Virus record (IMG/VR): IMGVR_UViG_3300030095_005132 | Coordinates: 30,233-94,232 of that record | DNA length: 64,000 nt | DNA from: a virus | Lineage: Duplodnaviria > Caudoviricetes | Reading direction: 5' to 3' (one strand) | Shown here: piece by piece, positions 30,563-40,682 of the stretch | Layout of the letters: every line of letters starts with the position of its first letter | Position numbering within the stretch: position 1 is the first letter of the stretch | Notes under the pieces: generated by a model | The model's database searches: none | Told to the model about the DNA's origin: nothing | The model's input: the letters and a program-made list of their open reading frames with translations, nothing else | Translations under genes and position numbers: made by a program

Positions 30563-33500
30563 ATGGATAAACTAACAGAATTTTTAACAAAACCCTTTCT
30601 AAATGAGGGAGCTAGAGATCCAGGTATATTTAAAGCTATCTTTTTAGCTGGTGGGCCAGGAAGTGGTAAATCCTTTGTTGCACAAAAGCTATTTGGCATA
30701 CCAGAAAAGATAAATGTATCCAAGACCGGTTTAAAGATGGTAAATTCCGACAATGAATTAGAGGTATTACTCAAAAAGTATTTCGGTACAACCGACATTG
30801 ATTTAATGCCTGATGAGCTATTTGCTGATTTAACAGGTGTGGATAAGTCAGGTAAGCCTGTAGATTATGATACAAGTGGCTTAAGAGATTTTGCTAAATC
30901 ACTAACCAAACAAAGGTTAAAACTTTATACGGATGGTAAGTTGGGTGTTATCATAGATGGTACTGGTCACAAATATGCTAAGATAAAAGATAAAAGAAAA
31001 AAATTAATGGATATGGGTTACGATACCTATATGGTATTTGTAAATACAAGCTTAGATGTTGCTTTAGATAGAAATGAAAAAAGAGCTAGGGTGGTGCCAG
31101 AAAAGATTGTTCGTAAGAGTTGGCAGGATGTTCAAAATAATATGGGTGCCTTTCAAGGTTTATTCGGTGGTTCAAATTTTCAGATTATATCAAATAACGA
31201 ACACCTATCCGAAAAACAAATACACAAAAGATTTAAGATGTTGGTTAGCAAAGGAATAGATAAATTTTTAAAAAAACCAATTAAAAATAAAATTGCTAAG
31301 GCTTGGTTGAGAAGAGAAAAGAAACATCAAAAGGTATTTAAAGATCCAGGCCAATCTCGTTTCTTTGAGAGTATAAATGTTCCTGTTGATATAGGTGATA
31401 CAGTTCTTATGGGTAGATTTAAAAACAAAAAGGTAGTTGTTAAGTCTATTGATTATAATGAAAAGGGTGACTTACTTATCAATGGTAGGACTGCTCTTAA
31501 ATTTAGGGTTATGAAAAAAGATGAAGCAGCTAGAGTTCCTCGTAAGAAAGGACAACATCGTGGTTCAAAGTCTCATTCAGATTTATACACAGATGAGAAT
31601 CCAAAAGGAACAATAAAAGGGTTAAAGTTTGCTACAGTAAAGGATGCTAAGGCATCGGTGAGTAAGATAAAAGGAAGTGGTAAAAAACACGCACATAAGA
31701 TACAAGCCGCTGTAGCTATGGAACAGAGAGCTAGGGAAATGGGTAAAAGTTCAGAGGCTGCTGTCTATAGAGCTTACATCAATAAGATGAAAAAGAAAAC
31801 CAAAGCTAAGAACGAAGAGTTTGGTGCGCCAGCAGGAACATTACCATCACCAAGTCGTAAGATGGTAAAGAAGATGAAGAAGAAAGGCAATACCTCAGTT
31901 CCTTATGGTAGTGGTTATAAGAAAGTAAATGAACAAAAAGAAATCAAAAAAACAATTGGTGTATTCGGTGGTAGATTTCAACCATTTCATAGTGGACATC
32001 TAGCAACATATAAATGGTTAACTTCTCAAGTTGATGAGGCCTATATAACTACATCTAATATTAAACAACCACCACGACACCCTATGAACTTTAAAGAAAA
32101 AGTTAGACATATGGTTAAGATGGGTATTCCGGCAAATCGTATTATTATGGAAAAATCTCCTTATGTAGCAAAAAATTTATTAAAGAAGTTTAACAAAGAT
32201 ACAACGGCTGTTGTTTATGCTTTCGGTCAAAAAGATGCTGGTAGATTAAAAGCTGGTAAGGGTAAATATTTCCAAGACTATAAAAAAAGTAAAGGTGATA
32301 TCAAAGGATATGAGGAGAACGGATATTTTATAACAGCGCCCCAATTTGGTTCGGTTAGTGGTACACAGATGAGAAAACTTTTAGGTGACCCGAAACTTGA
32401 TGATAGTGAAAGAGTAAAAGCATTTAAAAAAGTCTTTGGATATTACGATAAAGGTGTGTATAGTATGATGACAAATAAATTTAAAAAATTATTTGAAACA
32501 TATACTCTATCTAAAGAGTTAATAGAAAATTTTCTGTTAGAATCATCAGCCACTCCAGCTGGTAATTTGGATGACGGTCCTTCTACATACTATTCGGATT
32601 ATAAAGTATATAAAAAAACTTCAAAAGAATGGTTAGATTCTATTTATAAAAATGCTGGTTGGGAAATTGTAAATTATATTTTAGATGACAGAGCACAGAA
32701 TGGAATAGAAAAAAATTATCATTCAGTTCCACTAACTTATTTAGACCACGGTCAAGCAAATGGTTCTACCAGGGCAGTTTCCAAATACAAAACTTGGATA
32801 GAAAATGTTGTAAAACCACTTGGTTGGAAAGTTGTAAATTGGATGGGTACTGATGCTGCTATTGATAATATTATAGGTTCATTATTTGCGGCTGGTGCAG
32901 ATGGGGATTCATATGATGTTACATCCTTATATGAAAAAATAAATTTAGATAGGGAAGTTGATTTATTATTAGAAGGTGGCGCTTATGGTCATTTAAACCA
33001 CCCATTTGATAATAAAAATCTTACATTTTCAGATTTTAAAACACTAATTATTAATACATTACAAGGTAAACTTGATAATGAAGGAACGGTTACAGAAAAA
33101 ACAGATGGACAGAATATAATGGTAAGTTGGAAGAATGGTAAACTTTTAGCTGCTCGTAACAAAGGACATATTAAAAATCACGGTGCTAATGCTTTGAATA
33201 TAGATGGTGTAAAAAGTATGTTTGCCGGTAGAGGTGATATAGAAAAAGCTTTTGTTTATGCTATGAGAGATTTACAGAATGCTGTTGGTAAACTTAGTGA
33301 TGCACAAAAAACAAAAATATTTGATGAAGGAAAGAAATTTATGTCTTTAGAGGTTATTTATCCTAAGACAGCCAATGTAATACCTTATGATAAAGCACTA
33401 TTACAATTTCACGGAACAATAGAGTATGATTCTGCTGGCTCTCCAATAGGAGAGGATAGGGGAAGTGCTAGAATGTTAGCTGGTATGATAAAACAGATAA

Positions 33501-34204
33501 ATCAAGATGTTCAAAAAGCATTTAAAATTGAAAAACCATTTGTAACTAAATTACCAAAGGTAAAAGATTTTAGTAAAAAGCAAAGTTACTTTTTAGGAAA
33601 ACTAAAAAAATTACAGAGTGAATATAATTTAAAAGGAAATAATACACTATCTGAATATCATCAAGCTTATTGGATGGAGTATATTTATAATGGCGCAAAA
33701 CAAACAGATTATAAACATCCTGATAATAGGGTGTTAATGAAGCTAACAAAAAGATGGGCTTTCTTTGATAAGTCTTATAAGATACCACAGATTAAAAAAG
33801 ATTTAAAGGACTATCCAAAGTTTTTAAGTTGGGTATTAAGTACAGATAAAATGGATCACGCTAGACTACAAAAACAACATATCAGAGATTGGGAAGTTCT
33901 TTTCTTTGAGTTAGGAGCTGAGATACTCTCTAATCTTAGTGATTTTATAGCTGCTAATCCATCTAAAGCTGCTCAACAAATTCGTAAGGATTTAAAAACA
34001 GCAATTAACAAAGTTAAAAAATCTAAAGATCCAAAAGTGTTAAATACTTTAAAAACTCAATTGGATAGATTGAATGCTATCGGTGGATTGAAATCAGTAG
34101 TTCCATCAGAAGGAATTACTTTTGTTTATAAAGGTAAGTTATATAAATATACTGGAGCATTTGCACCAGCAAATCAAATCTTAGGTATGTTAAAATTCGT
34201 ATAG
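30563..34204 (+). CDS. multidomain protein: P-loop kinase + small modules + HxGH nucleotidyltransferase + RNA-ligase-like domain
   Basis: AIFLAGGPGSGKS with IIDGTG (zeta-toxin/PNK-like kinase); GGRFQPFHSGH...VSGT (cytidylyltransferase-like); TEKTDGQN, SLEVI, SEGITF, LYKYTG (ligase motifs I, III, IV, V). Confidence 0.8.
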   Translation: MDKLTEFLTKPFLNEGARDPGIFKAIFLAGGPGSGKSFVAQKLFGIPEKINVSKTGLKMVNSDNELEVLLKKYFGTTDIDLMPDELFADLTGVDKSGKPVDYDTSGLRDFAKSLTKQRLKLYTDGKLGVIIDGTGHKYAKIKDKRKKLMDMGYDTYMVFVNTSLDVALDRNEKRARVVPEKIVRKSWQDVQNNMGAFQGLFGGSNFQIISNNEHLSEKQIHKRFKMLVSKGIDKFLKKPIKNKIAKAWLRREKKHQKVFKDPGQSRFFESINVPVDIGDTVLMGRFKNKKVVVKSIDYNEKGDLLINGRTALKFRVMKKDEAARVPRKKGQHRGSKSHSDLYTDENPKGTIKGLKFATVKDAKASVSKIKGSGKKHAHKIQAAVAMEQRAREMGKSSEAAVYRAYINKMKKKTKAKNEEFGAPAGTLPSPSRKMVKKMKKKGNTSVPYGSGYKKVNEQKEIKKTIGVFGGRFQPFHSGHLATYKWLTSQVDEAYITTSNIKQPPRHPMNFKEKVRHMVKMGIPANRIIMEKSPYVAKNLLKKFNKDTTAVVYAFGQKDAGRLKAGKGKYFQDYKKSKGDIKGYEENGYFITAPQFGSVSGTQMRKLLGDPKLDDSERVKAFKKVFGYYDKGVYSMMTNKFKKLFETYTLSKELIENFLLESSATPAGNLDDGPSTYYSDYKVYKKTSKEWLDSIYKNAGWEIVNYILDDRAQNGIEKNYHSVPLTYLDHGQANGSTRAVSKYKTWIENVVKPLGWKVVNWMGTDAAIDNIIGSLFAAGADGDSYDVTSLYEKINLDREVDLLLEGGAYGHLNHPFDNKNLTFSDFKTLIINTLQGKLDNEGTVTEKTDGQNIMVSWKNGKLLAARNKGHIKNHGANALNIDGVKSMFAGRGDIEKAFVYAMRDLQNAVGKLSDAQKTKIFDEGKKFMSLEVIYPKTANVIPYDKALLQFHGTIEYDSAGSPIGEDRGSARMLAGMIKQINQDVQKAFKIEKPFVTKLPKVKDFSKKQSYFLGKLKKLQSEYNLKGNNTLSEYHQAYWMEYIYNGAKQTDYKHPDNRVLMKLTKRWAFFDKSYKIPQIKKDLKDYPKFLSWVLSTDKMDHARLQKQHIRDWEVLFFELGAEILSNLSDFIAANPSKAAQQIRKDLKTAINKVKKSKDPKVLNTLKTQLDRLNAIGGLKSVVPSEGITFVYKGKLYKYTGAFAPANQILGMLKFV

Positions 34205-34213
34205 GAGTAGGTT

Positions 34214-34741
34214 ATGGGATATAGTAAAGAATCAGAAAGACAAAATAAAGCTTTAGGTGATATATTAGCCGGAAGAAAAACTGAAAAGAGAGTGATGGTA
34301 GGTTACAAAGGTAAGGAAAAAGAAAAAGGAGACATCATTCCAGATATAACACAATTGATGCAAGATGTTAGAATGCCATGGTTTTGTCCAAAATGTGAAG
34401 TTGTAATGAAACAACGTTTGGATGATAAGATGTGGAGATTATTTGGTCATTGCTTTGATTGTCAAGTAAAAATAGAAAATAAACTTCGTATTCAAGGAAA
34501 GTATGAGGAGTGGGCGGAAAATAAAATTAAACAGAATAAAATATCTTTTATTAAAGACCAAATACAGGCTATTTCTGAATGGAGAGATTCAAAAGCTCCT
34601 GAGTGGTATAACAATGTCGGAGTTAATACTCCTGAGTTAGAAAAAGAAAAATGGGATGTTGATATGAATAAGGTAAAAAAAGAAGCTACCGAAGCCTTAG
34701 AAAAATATGAAGAAGTTTTAGAACAATTGGAGAGCGAATAA
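34214..34741 (+). CDS. conserved hypothetical Zn-ribbon protein
   Basis: CPKC...HCFDC; AGGAG SD. Confidence 0.7.
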   Translation: MGYSKESERQNKALGDILAGRKTEKRVMVGYKGKEKEKGDIIPDITQLMQDVRMPWFCPKCEVVMKQRLDDKMWRLFGHCFDCQVKIENKLRIQGKYEEWAENKIKQNKISFIKDQIQAISEWRDSKAPEWYNNVGVNTPELEKEKWDVDMNKVKKEATEALEKYEEVLEQLESE

Positions 34742-35049
34742 TGAAGATATGGAAAATAATACTTGGATTTTTTGGAGTTGTTGGTGCACTCTTTGCTGCT
34801 AAGTCTGTTAAAAGTAAAGAGGTTGAAGAACTTAAAGAGGTTATAAAAGAAAACAAAAAAGAAGAGAAAAAAGTTGAAAAAGAAATAAAGGTATTAGAGG
34901 AGAATAAAAAATCTTCTAAAAAAGAGATAGGAAATCTCAAACGTAAATTAACAAATTCAAAAAAGAAAACTCAAAAGATGCAGGATGCTTATGATAATGA
35001 TGAGGTCGAATCGGCTGAAGATTTTTTGAAGAAATTCGCTAAAAAATAG
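34741..35049 (+). CDS. membrane-anchored coiled-coil protein
   Basis: N-terminal hydrophobic helix IWKIILGFFGVVGALFAA followed by a Lys/Glu coiled coil. Confidence 0.65.
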   Translation: MKIWKIILGFFGVVGALFAAKSVKSKEVEELKEVIKENKKEEKKVEKEIKVLEENKKSSKKEIGNLKRKLTNSKKKTQKMQDAYDNDEVESAEDFLKKFAKK

Positions 35050-35060
35050 GGAGAAATAAA

Positions 35061-35366
35061 ATGGCAAACATGCATGACGCACCATCAGAGTATGATGATT
35101 TTCAAAATAAAGGTATACCTGGAGAATATTATGGTACAGTGATTATTTCAGGATCAGCCGCATCGAATCCGGTAACAAATTTTACAGGTTCAAATTATGG
35201 AGCAGCTGCAATTATAGTTAAAACAGGTTCGGCTGATATTCAGACAGTTAATGGTGGGGTGATAGCAGCTACAGATTTGACTGCTGGCGAACTTTATCCA
35301 ATTTCAATATCTAAAATATCAGGTGGCGCTAGTGCTTACATATATGTTCTTAAAAAGAATGGTTAG
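35061..35366 (+). CDS. small beta-rich protein, probably virion-associated
   Basis: GGGAG SD; 101 aa; SGS/TGS motifs like the structural proteins. Confidence 0.6.
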   Translation: MANMHDAPSEYDDFQNKGIPGEYYGTVIISGSAASNPVTNFTGSNYGAAAIIVKTGSADIQTVNGGVIAATDLTAGELYPISISKISGGASAYIYVLKKNG

Positions 35367-35367
35367 T

Positions 35368-35766
35368 ATGAAGGTATTAAAATATTTTCTGATATTCTTT
35401 TTTGCTTTATCTATGGCAGATGGACAAAGTATAAAGAAAGATGGTAAGGTAGTAAAAACTTTTACATACGATGAAGCATTAGATATGTTGAAAGCTCGTG
35501 ACGCACAATGGGAAGGTAAAATAGAAAAAGCTGATTCATTAATTGCATCACAAAAAGTGGTGATTAGTGATTGTGAGAACTTAGTGGTAAAATTAGAAGA
35601 ATCTGCTAATGTTGATTCATTATTAATTATTGCCAAAGATTCACAGATTAAATTACTTAAAGCTCGTGACGAAGCTAATGAGAAGATGGTAAAGTTGATT
35701 GAACCAAAGTGGTATGAAAACCAATATCTTTGGTTGGGTATAGGATTTATTTTAGGAAAGATATAA
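35368..35766 (+). CDS. signal-peptide + coiled-coil + C-terminal TM protein
   Basis: MKVLKYFLIFFFALSMA signal-like N-terminus and C-terminal YLWLGIGFILGKI; ATG 35368 follows the upstream stop. Confidence 0.6.
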   Translation: MKVLKYFLIFFFALSMADGQSIKKDGKVVKTFTYDEALDMLKARDAQWEGKIEKADSLIASQKVVISDCENLVVKLEESANVDSLLIIAKDSQIKLLKARDEANEKMVKLIEPKWYENQYLWLGIGFILGKI

Positions 35767-37343
35767 TGAAACCAGGACAACTAAAAGAGGTAATAAAAAC
35801 CGAATATAAGAAGTGCGCTAAAGACCCTATATACTTTTTAAAAAAGTATTGTGTTGTCCAGCACCCAATAAAGGGTAAAGTTCCATTCCATCTTTGGTCT
35901 TACCAAGAACAATCACTAAAAACCTTTGAAGAACATAGGTTTAATATTATTCTTAAAGCTAGACAGTTAGGTTTATCTACGTTATCAGCCGGATACTCCC
36001 TTTGGATGATGACATTTCACCAAGACAAAAATATCTTGGTGATTGCAACTAAACAAGATACTGCTAAGAACTTGGTTACTAAGGTTAGGGTTATGCATGC
36101 TAACTTACCAAGCTGGCTAAAACAAAAGTGTACAGAAGATAACAAGCTGTCGTTGAGATACAACAATGGCTCACAAATTAAAGCAGTCTCAAGCGGAGAA
36201 GATTCTGGTCGTTCTGAGGCTCTTTCATTATTAATATTGGATGAGGCTGCTTTCATTGATAAGATTGAACCGATATGGGCTGCTGCTTCACAGACACTTT
36301 CTACTGGTGGACAATGTATTGCTCTTTCTACGCCAAATGGTATAGGTAATTGGTTTCATAAGACTTGGGTTGGTGCAGAAGATGGAACAAACGATTGGAA
36401 CTTTATTAGATTACATTGGAACTTACATCCTGAAAGAAATGATGAGTGGAGAGCTGAGCAAGACAGACTATTGGGTCCTTCGTTAGCTGCTCAAGAATGT
36501 GATTGTGACTTCTTAACCTCAGGACAAACTGTTATTGATGGTGTGATATTAGAAGAGTATAAACAAACACACGTTACAGAACCATTGGAGAAGAGAGGAA
36601 TAGATAGTTGCCTTTGGATATGGCAACCAGCAAACTATACTAGAGATTATGTGCTGAGTGCTGATGTTAGTAGAGGAGATGGTTCAGATTTTTCTGCATT
36701 TCACGTTATGGATATAGAAACTATGGAACAGGTAGCAGAGTATAGGGGTAAGATATCAACAAAAGATTTTGGAAACTTATGCGTAAATACAGCAACAGAA
36801 TATAATAATGCTTTGCTGGTGGTTGAGAATAACAATATAGGTTGGGCTACACTTCAACAATGTATTGATAGAGGATATGAGAACCTTTTTTACACGAGTA
36901 AAGATTTGAAGTATGTGGATACAGAACATCAAATTAATAATCGATATAGAACACAAGATCGTAATATGGTAGCTGGATTTAGTATGACAATGAAAACAAG
37001 ACCTTTGGTAATTGCTAAATTAGAAGAATACTTTAGAGAAAAATCAGTAATTGTTCGTTCAAATAGATTAATTGATGAACTTTTTGTATTTATATATAAC
37101 AACAATAAAGCTGAAGCGATGCAGGGATATAACGATGATTTGGTGATGAGCTTTGCTCTTACCCTTTGGGTAAGAGATACTGCATTGAGATTAAAAAATG
37201 AAGGAATAGAGCTAACTAAAAGAACTTTAGGTGGTGTAGCATCACAGATGTTACCACAGAAACCAACCAATCAAAATAATTCTTGGGAAATGGAAGTAGG
37301 ACCCAATGGAGAAAAAGAAAATTTAGATTGGTTAATTAACTAA
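35766..37343 (+). CDS. terminase large subunit (T4 gp17-like)
   Basis: LKARQLGLST Walker A, LLILDEAAF Walker B, STPNG, ADVSRG and DDLVM nuclease acidic residues; ATG 35766 coupled to the upstream stop. Confidence 0.95.
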   Translation: MKPGQLKEVIKTEYKKCAKDPIYFLKKYCVVQHPIKGKVPFHLWSYQEQSLKTFEEHRFNIILKARQLGLSTLSAGYSLWMMTFHQDKNILVIATKQDTAKNLVTKVRVMHANLPSWLKQKCTEDNKLSLRYNNGSQIKAVSSGEDSGRSEALSLLILDEAAFIDKIEPIWAAASQTLSTGGQCIALSTPNGIGNWFHKTWVGAEDGTNDWNFIRLHWNLHPERNDEWRAEQDRLLGPSLAAQECDCDFLTSGQTVIDGVILEEYKQTHVTEPLEKRGIDSCLWIWQPANYTRDYVLSADVSRGDGSDFSAFHVMDIETMEQVAEYRGKISTKDFGNLCVNTATEYNNALLVVENNNIGWATLQQCIDRGYENLFYTSKDLKYVDTEHQINNRYRTQDRNMVAGFSMTMKTRPLVIAKLEEYFREKSVIVRSNRLIDELFVFIYNNNKAEAMQGYNDDLVMSFALTLWVRDTALRLKNEGIELTKRTLGGVASQMLPQKPTNQNNSWEMEVGPNGEKENLDWLIN

Positions 37344-37353
37344 GAGGTAAATT

Positions 37354-39159
37354 ATGGCAGAACAAGATTTATTTTCAAGACTAAAACGATTGTTTTCAAC
37401 AAATACAATTGTTAGAAATATAGGTGGTAGAAAGCTAAAGGTAGTAGACACGGGACAATTACAATCGAATATTCAAACTAATCTGGTAGACAGGTATACT
37501 AAATTATACTCTACTTCACAGAATATGGGATATAACGACCAATTATATCAACAACAATTGAGGTTAGGTCTATTCAAAGATTATGAATCAATGGATTCCG
37601 ATTCAATAATTTCCTCAGCCTTAGATATTTACTCTGATGAATCAACAATGAAAAATGAGTATGGTAAGGTATTAGATATTAAAACAGACAATGACCAAAT
37701 ATATGATATACTGCATAATCTTTTTTATGATGTGATTAATATTGAATTTAACCTATGGCCTTGGATTCGTAATATGACTAAATATGGTGACTTCTTTTTA
37801 CAATTAGAAGTTGCTGATAAGTATGGTGTTGTAAATGTAACTCCTATGTCTGCTTATGATGTGGCTAGATTAGAGGGTCATGATGAGGACAATCCTCAAA
37901 ATGTACAATTTATGTTAACTCCACAAGCAGATAGCAATAGACACACAGGAAAAACCAAAGAAACACAGACATTTGAAAATTATGAGGTAGCTCACTTTAG
38001 ATTATTATCAGATTCTAATTATGTTCCTTATGGTAAATCTATGTTAGAAGGTGGTAGGAAAGTTTGGAAACAAGTTACTTTGATGGAAGATGCTATGTTG
38101 ATTCATAGGATTATGAGAGCACCTGAAAAAAGGGTATTTAAGTTGGATATTGGAAACATACCACCAGCAGAAGTAGATAACTATATGCAGCAGGTAATTA
38201 ATAAGATGAAGAAGGCTCCTGTTATTGACGAAAAGACAGGTGACTATAACCTTAGATATAACATACAGAACTTAACAGAGGACTTCTTCTTACCAGTTCG
38301 TGGTGGGGATAGTGGAACATCTATTGATAGTCTTAGTGGTTTAAGCTATGATGCTGTTGATGACATAGAATATTTAAAGAATAGATTACTTGCATCCCTA
38401 AGAGTGCCAAAGGCTTTCTTAGGATATGAGGAAGGATTGGGTTCTAAAGCTACATTGGCTGCTGAGGATGTTAGGTTTGCTAGAACAATTGAGAGAATAC
38501 AGAGAATTGTTGTTAGTGAATTGACAAAGATTGCTGTGGTTCATCTATATTCACAAGGATTTAGAGACCAAGAGCTTGTAAACTTTGATTTAGGTTTGAC
38601 GAATCCATCTACAATATACGAACAAGAAAAGATTGAGTTGTGGAATAACAAAACATCTTTAGCATCTTCTATGATGCAGGACGGTTTGGTATCTTCTGAA
38701 TGGATTTATAAAAATATATTTGGATTTACGGATGAACAAATTAAAGAAACCGATGAGCAGATAACTTTTGATTATAAAACTAAATTTAGAAGGCAACAAA
38801 TTGAAACAGAAGGTAACGATCCAGCTAAAAGTGGACAATCTCAAGGTACACCATCAGATATGGCTATGGGTAGAACAGGTCATGAGTTAGATGACGAGGG
38901 CGGTTCTGAAAAAGGTGGACAGCCAGGTGCAGGTCGACCTAAAGAAGCTAATAAATATGGTAAAGATGGTAGTGCGAGAGGAAGAGATCCATTGGGTGCT
39001 CACGATAAAAAGAAAGCTTATGGTGGTGTAGCTACAAAACATTACGAAAATTTGTTTAAACACTTAGGTTCTGATGCAAAAAAATTACTTTCAGAGGCTA
39101 ATGATTTAGAGGATGAATATAAAACAGAAGTTTCTTCTCTTAATACTAAGAAAAACTAA
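37354..39159 (+). CDS. portal protein (T4 gp20-like)
   Basis: MEDAMLIHRIMRAPEKRVFKLDIGNIPP and EDFFLPVRGG signatures of gp20-type portals. Confidence 0.95.
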   Translation: MAEQDLFSRLKRLFSTNTIVRNIGGRKLKVVDTGQLQSNIQTNLVDRYTKLYSTSQNMGYNDQLYQQQLRLGLFKDYESMDSDSIISSALDIYSDESTMKNEYGKVLDIKTDNDQIYDILHNLFYDVINIEFNLWPWIRNMTKYGDFFLQLEVADKYGVVNVTPMSAYDVARLEGHDEDNPQNVQFMLTPQADSNRHTGKTKETQTFENYEVAHFRLLSDSNYVPYGKSMLEGGRKVWKQVTLMEDAMLIHRIMRAPEKRVFKLDIGNIPPAEVDNYMQQVINKMKKAPVIDEKTGDYNLRYNIQNLTEDFFLPVRGGDSGTSIDSLSGLSYDAVDDIEYLKNRLLASLRVPKAFLGYEEGLGSKATLAAEDVRFARTIERIQRIVVSELTKIAVVHLYSQGFRDQELVNFDLGLTNPSTIYEQEKIELWNNKTSLASSMMQDGLVSSEWIYKNIFGFTDEQIKETDEQITFDYKTKFRRQQIETEGNDPAKSGQSQGTPSDMAMGRTGHELDDEGGSEKGGQPGAGRPKEANKYGKDGSARGRDPLGAHDKKKAYGGVATKHYENLFKHLGSDAKKLLSEANDLEDEYKTEVSSLNTKKN

Positions 39160-39167
39160 GTAATCAT

Positions 39168-39176
39168 ATATTTATA
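39168..39176 (+). promoter_or_regulatory. candidate late promoter ATATTTATA
   Basis: Recurrent intergenic motif. Confidence 0.6.
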
Positions 39177-39209
39177 TATGAAGAATTATAAAAACGATTG
39201 GAGTTTAAT

Positions 39210-40064
39210 ATGAGTTCAAAAACAAAACACTCAAAAATCCGTAATACGGGTATATTATTTGAGTTACTAACTAGACAGATTACGGTTGATGTGTTAAATA
39301 ATGATAAAAATGGTTCAGCTGCAAAATTATTAAAGAACTTTTTTAACAAAAACACAGAATTGGGTAAAGAATATGAACTGTATAGGGTATTGACTGTAGA
39401 AAATTATAAATCAGAAACAAAAGCAAATCATTTAGTCAATGCTGTCATAAATGCTCGTACTAAACTAAACGAAAGTTCTTTAAAAAGAGAAAAATATAAT
39501 CTAATTAAAGAGGTTCGTACCAATTATGATATAAATAATTTTTTTATGGCTAGAATACCGAATTATAAAGTGAATGCTTCAATATATAAACTATTTTCTA
39601 TAAAGGAATCTACAAATCCTAAGATAGAAACAGAAAGTCGATTTACAATCGTAGAAAACATAACAAGAAAAAAGATTTCTGATAAAAAGAAAGAAAATGT
39701 TATGGTAGAGGGTTACAAAAAGCAAGAAAAAGACTTGAGATTACTTGCATATGGTATATTAGTCGAAAAATTTAATAAAAAGTATAGTTCTCTTAGCAAA
39801 AATCAAAGAAACTTACTAAAAGAGTACATAAATAACATTTCTAACACCAATTCTCTTAAAGAGTTCATCGAAGCTGAGACAATTAAGGTAAAAAAACAAC
39901 TCCAATCGTATTTACCTCAAGTTACAGACAAAGTTACGAAGATTAAGCTAAAAGAAGCTGTAAATCAAGCAGAAACTCTTATGAAAGGAAGAATAGTAGA
40001 GGATAAACAGGTAGTTACCCTAATGAGATATTATCAATTAGTTAAGGAGCTAAAGAATGTCTAA
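39210..40064 (+). CDS. helical head-assembly/prohead-core-like protein
   Basis: KHSKIRNTGILFELL N-terminus; lies between portal and protease; ATG 39210 with GGAG SD. Confidence 0.6.
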   Translation: MSSKTKHSKIRNTGILFELLTRQITVDVLNNDKNGSAAKLLKNFFNKNTELGKEYELYRVLTVENYKSETKANHLVNAVINARTKLNESSLKREKYNLIKEVRTNYDINNFFMARIPNYKVNASIYKLFSIKESTNPKIETESRFTIVENITRKKISDKKKENVMVEGYKKQEKDLRLLAYGILVEKFNKKYSSLSKNQRNLLKEYINNISNTNSLKEFIEAETIKVKKQLQSYLPQVTDKVTKIKLKEAVNQAETLMKGRIVEDKQVVTLMRYYQLVKELKNV

Positions 40065-40485
40065 ATTGGATAAACTCAAAGAAATTATCAGAGAGTTAAT
40101 CAAAAAAGAGCTTGATGAGGCTAGCACCTCAGCTGCTACGCCTGGATACCAGACACCTTATGCATTTAGTGGTGGTAGAAAAAAGGACAAGAAGAAAAAG
40201 AAGAATATAGCTACCAATTCTACTGGATATAGTAAGGTAAATGAGGGAAAGTATCACGATTACAGAAATGATGATACTTTATCACCAAAACAAAAGATTG
40301 GTCGTTCAATGAGAGAGATTAGAGATAGTCTTAATGAATTGAACAAGTTAGTAAAGATGAATGTTCGTCTTAAAAATGAATTGAAAGTTGATTCTAGGTC
40401 ATATTGGAAAAATACACATAAGGCTTTAAACAAAATAAGTGAAAGGTTAGTAAAACTTGCAAATAAAGTAGGACAATTACAATAA
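40057..40485 (+). CDS. hypothetical head-associated protein
   Basis: N-terminal LKEIIRELIKKELDE leader followed by a PGYQTPYAF motif. Confidence 0.65.
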   Translation: MSKLDKLKEIIRELIKKELDEASTSAATPGYQTPYAFSGGRKKDKKKKKNIATNSTGYSKVNEGKYHDYRNDDTLSPKQKIGRSMREIRDSLNELNKLVKMNVRLKNELKVDSRSYWKNTHKALNKISERLVKLANKVGQLQ

Positions 40486-40496
40486 CTGGAACTAAT

Positions 40497-40682
40497 ATGC
40501 CGTTTGAAGATAAGAAGAAGTCCTATATGGACACGCTTTTTAGTATTTCGACTTTGCTGAAAAGATGGCAGATTGAAATACAAAAAAAAGATGTAGATAA
40601 GAATTATATGATAAGGAGACTTGGCCAATGGATAGAACAATTGGAAAGTCTTAGAACCGAAATTATGATGGAGAAAGATTAA
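40497..40682 (+). CDS. hypothetical protein
   Basis: 61-aa helical ORF coupled to the next gene. Confidence 0.6.
   Translation: MPFEDKKKSYMDTLFSISTLLKRWQIEIQKKDVDKNYMIRRLGQWIEQLESLRTEIMMEKD

Noticed and set aside
30563-31360. Zeta toxin of a toxin-antitoxin pair
   Set aside because: The kinase is one domain of a large fusion with no adjacent epsilon-like gene; only the P-loop kinase fold is supportable
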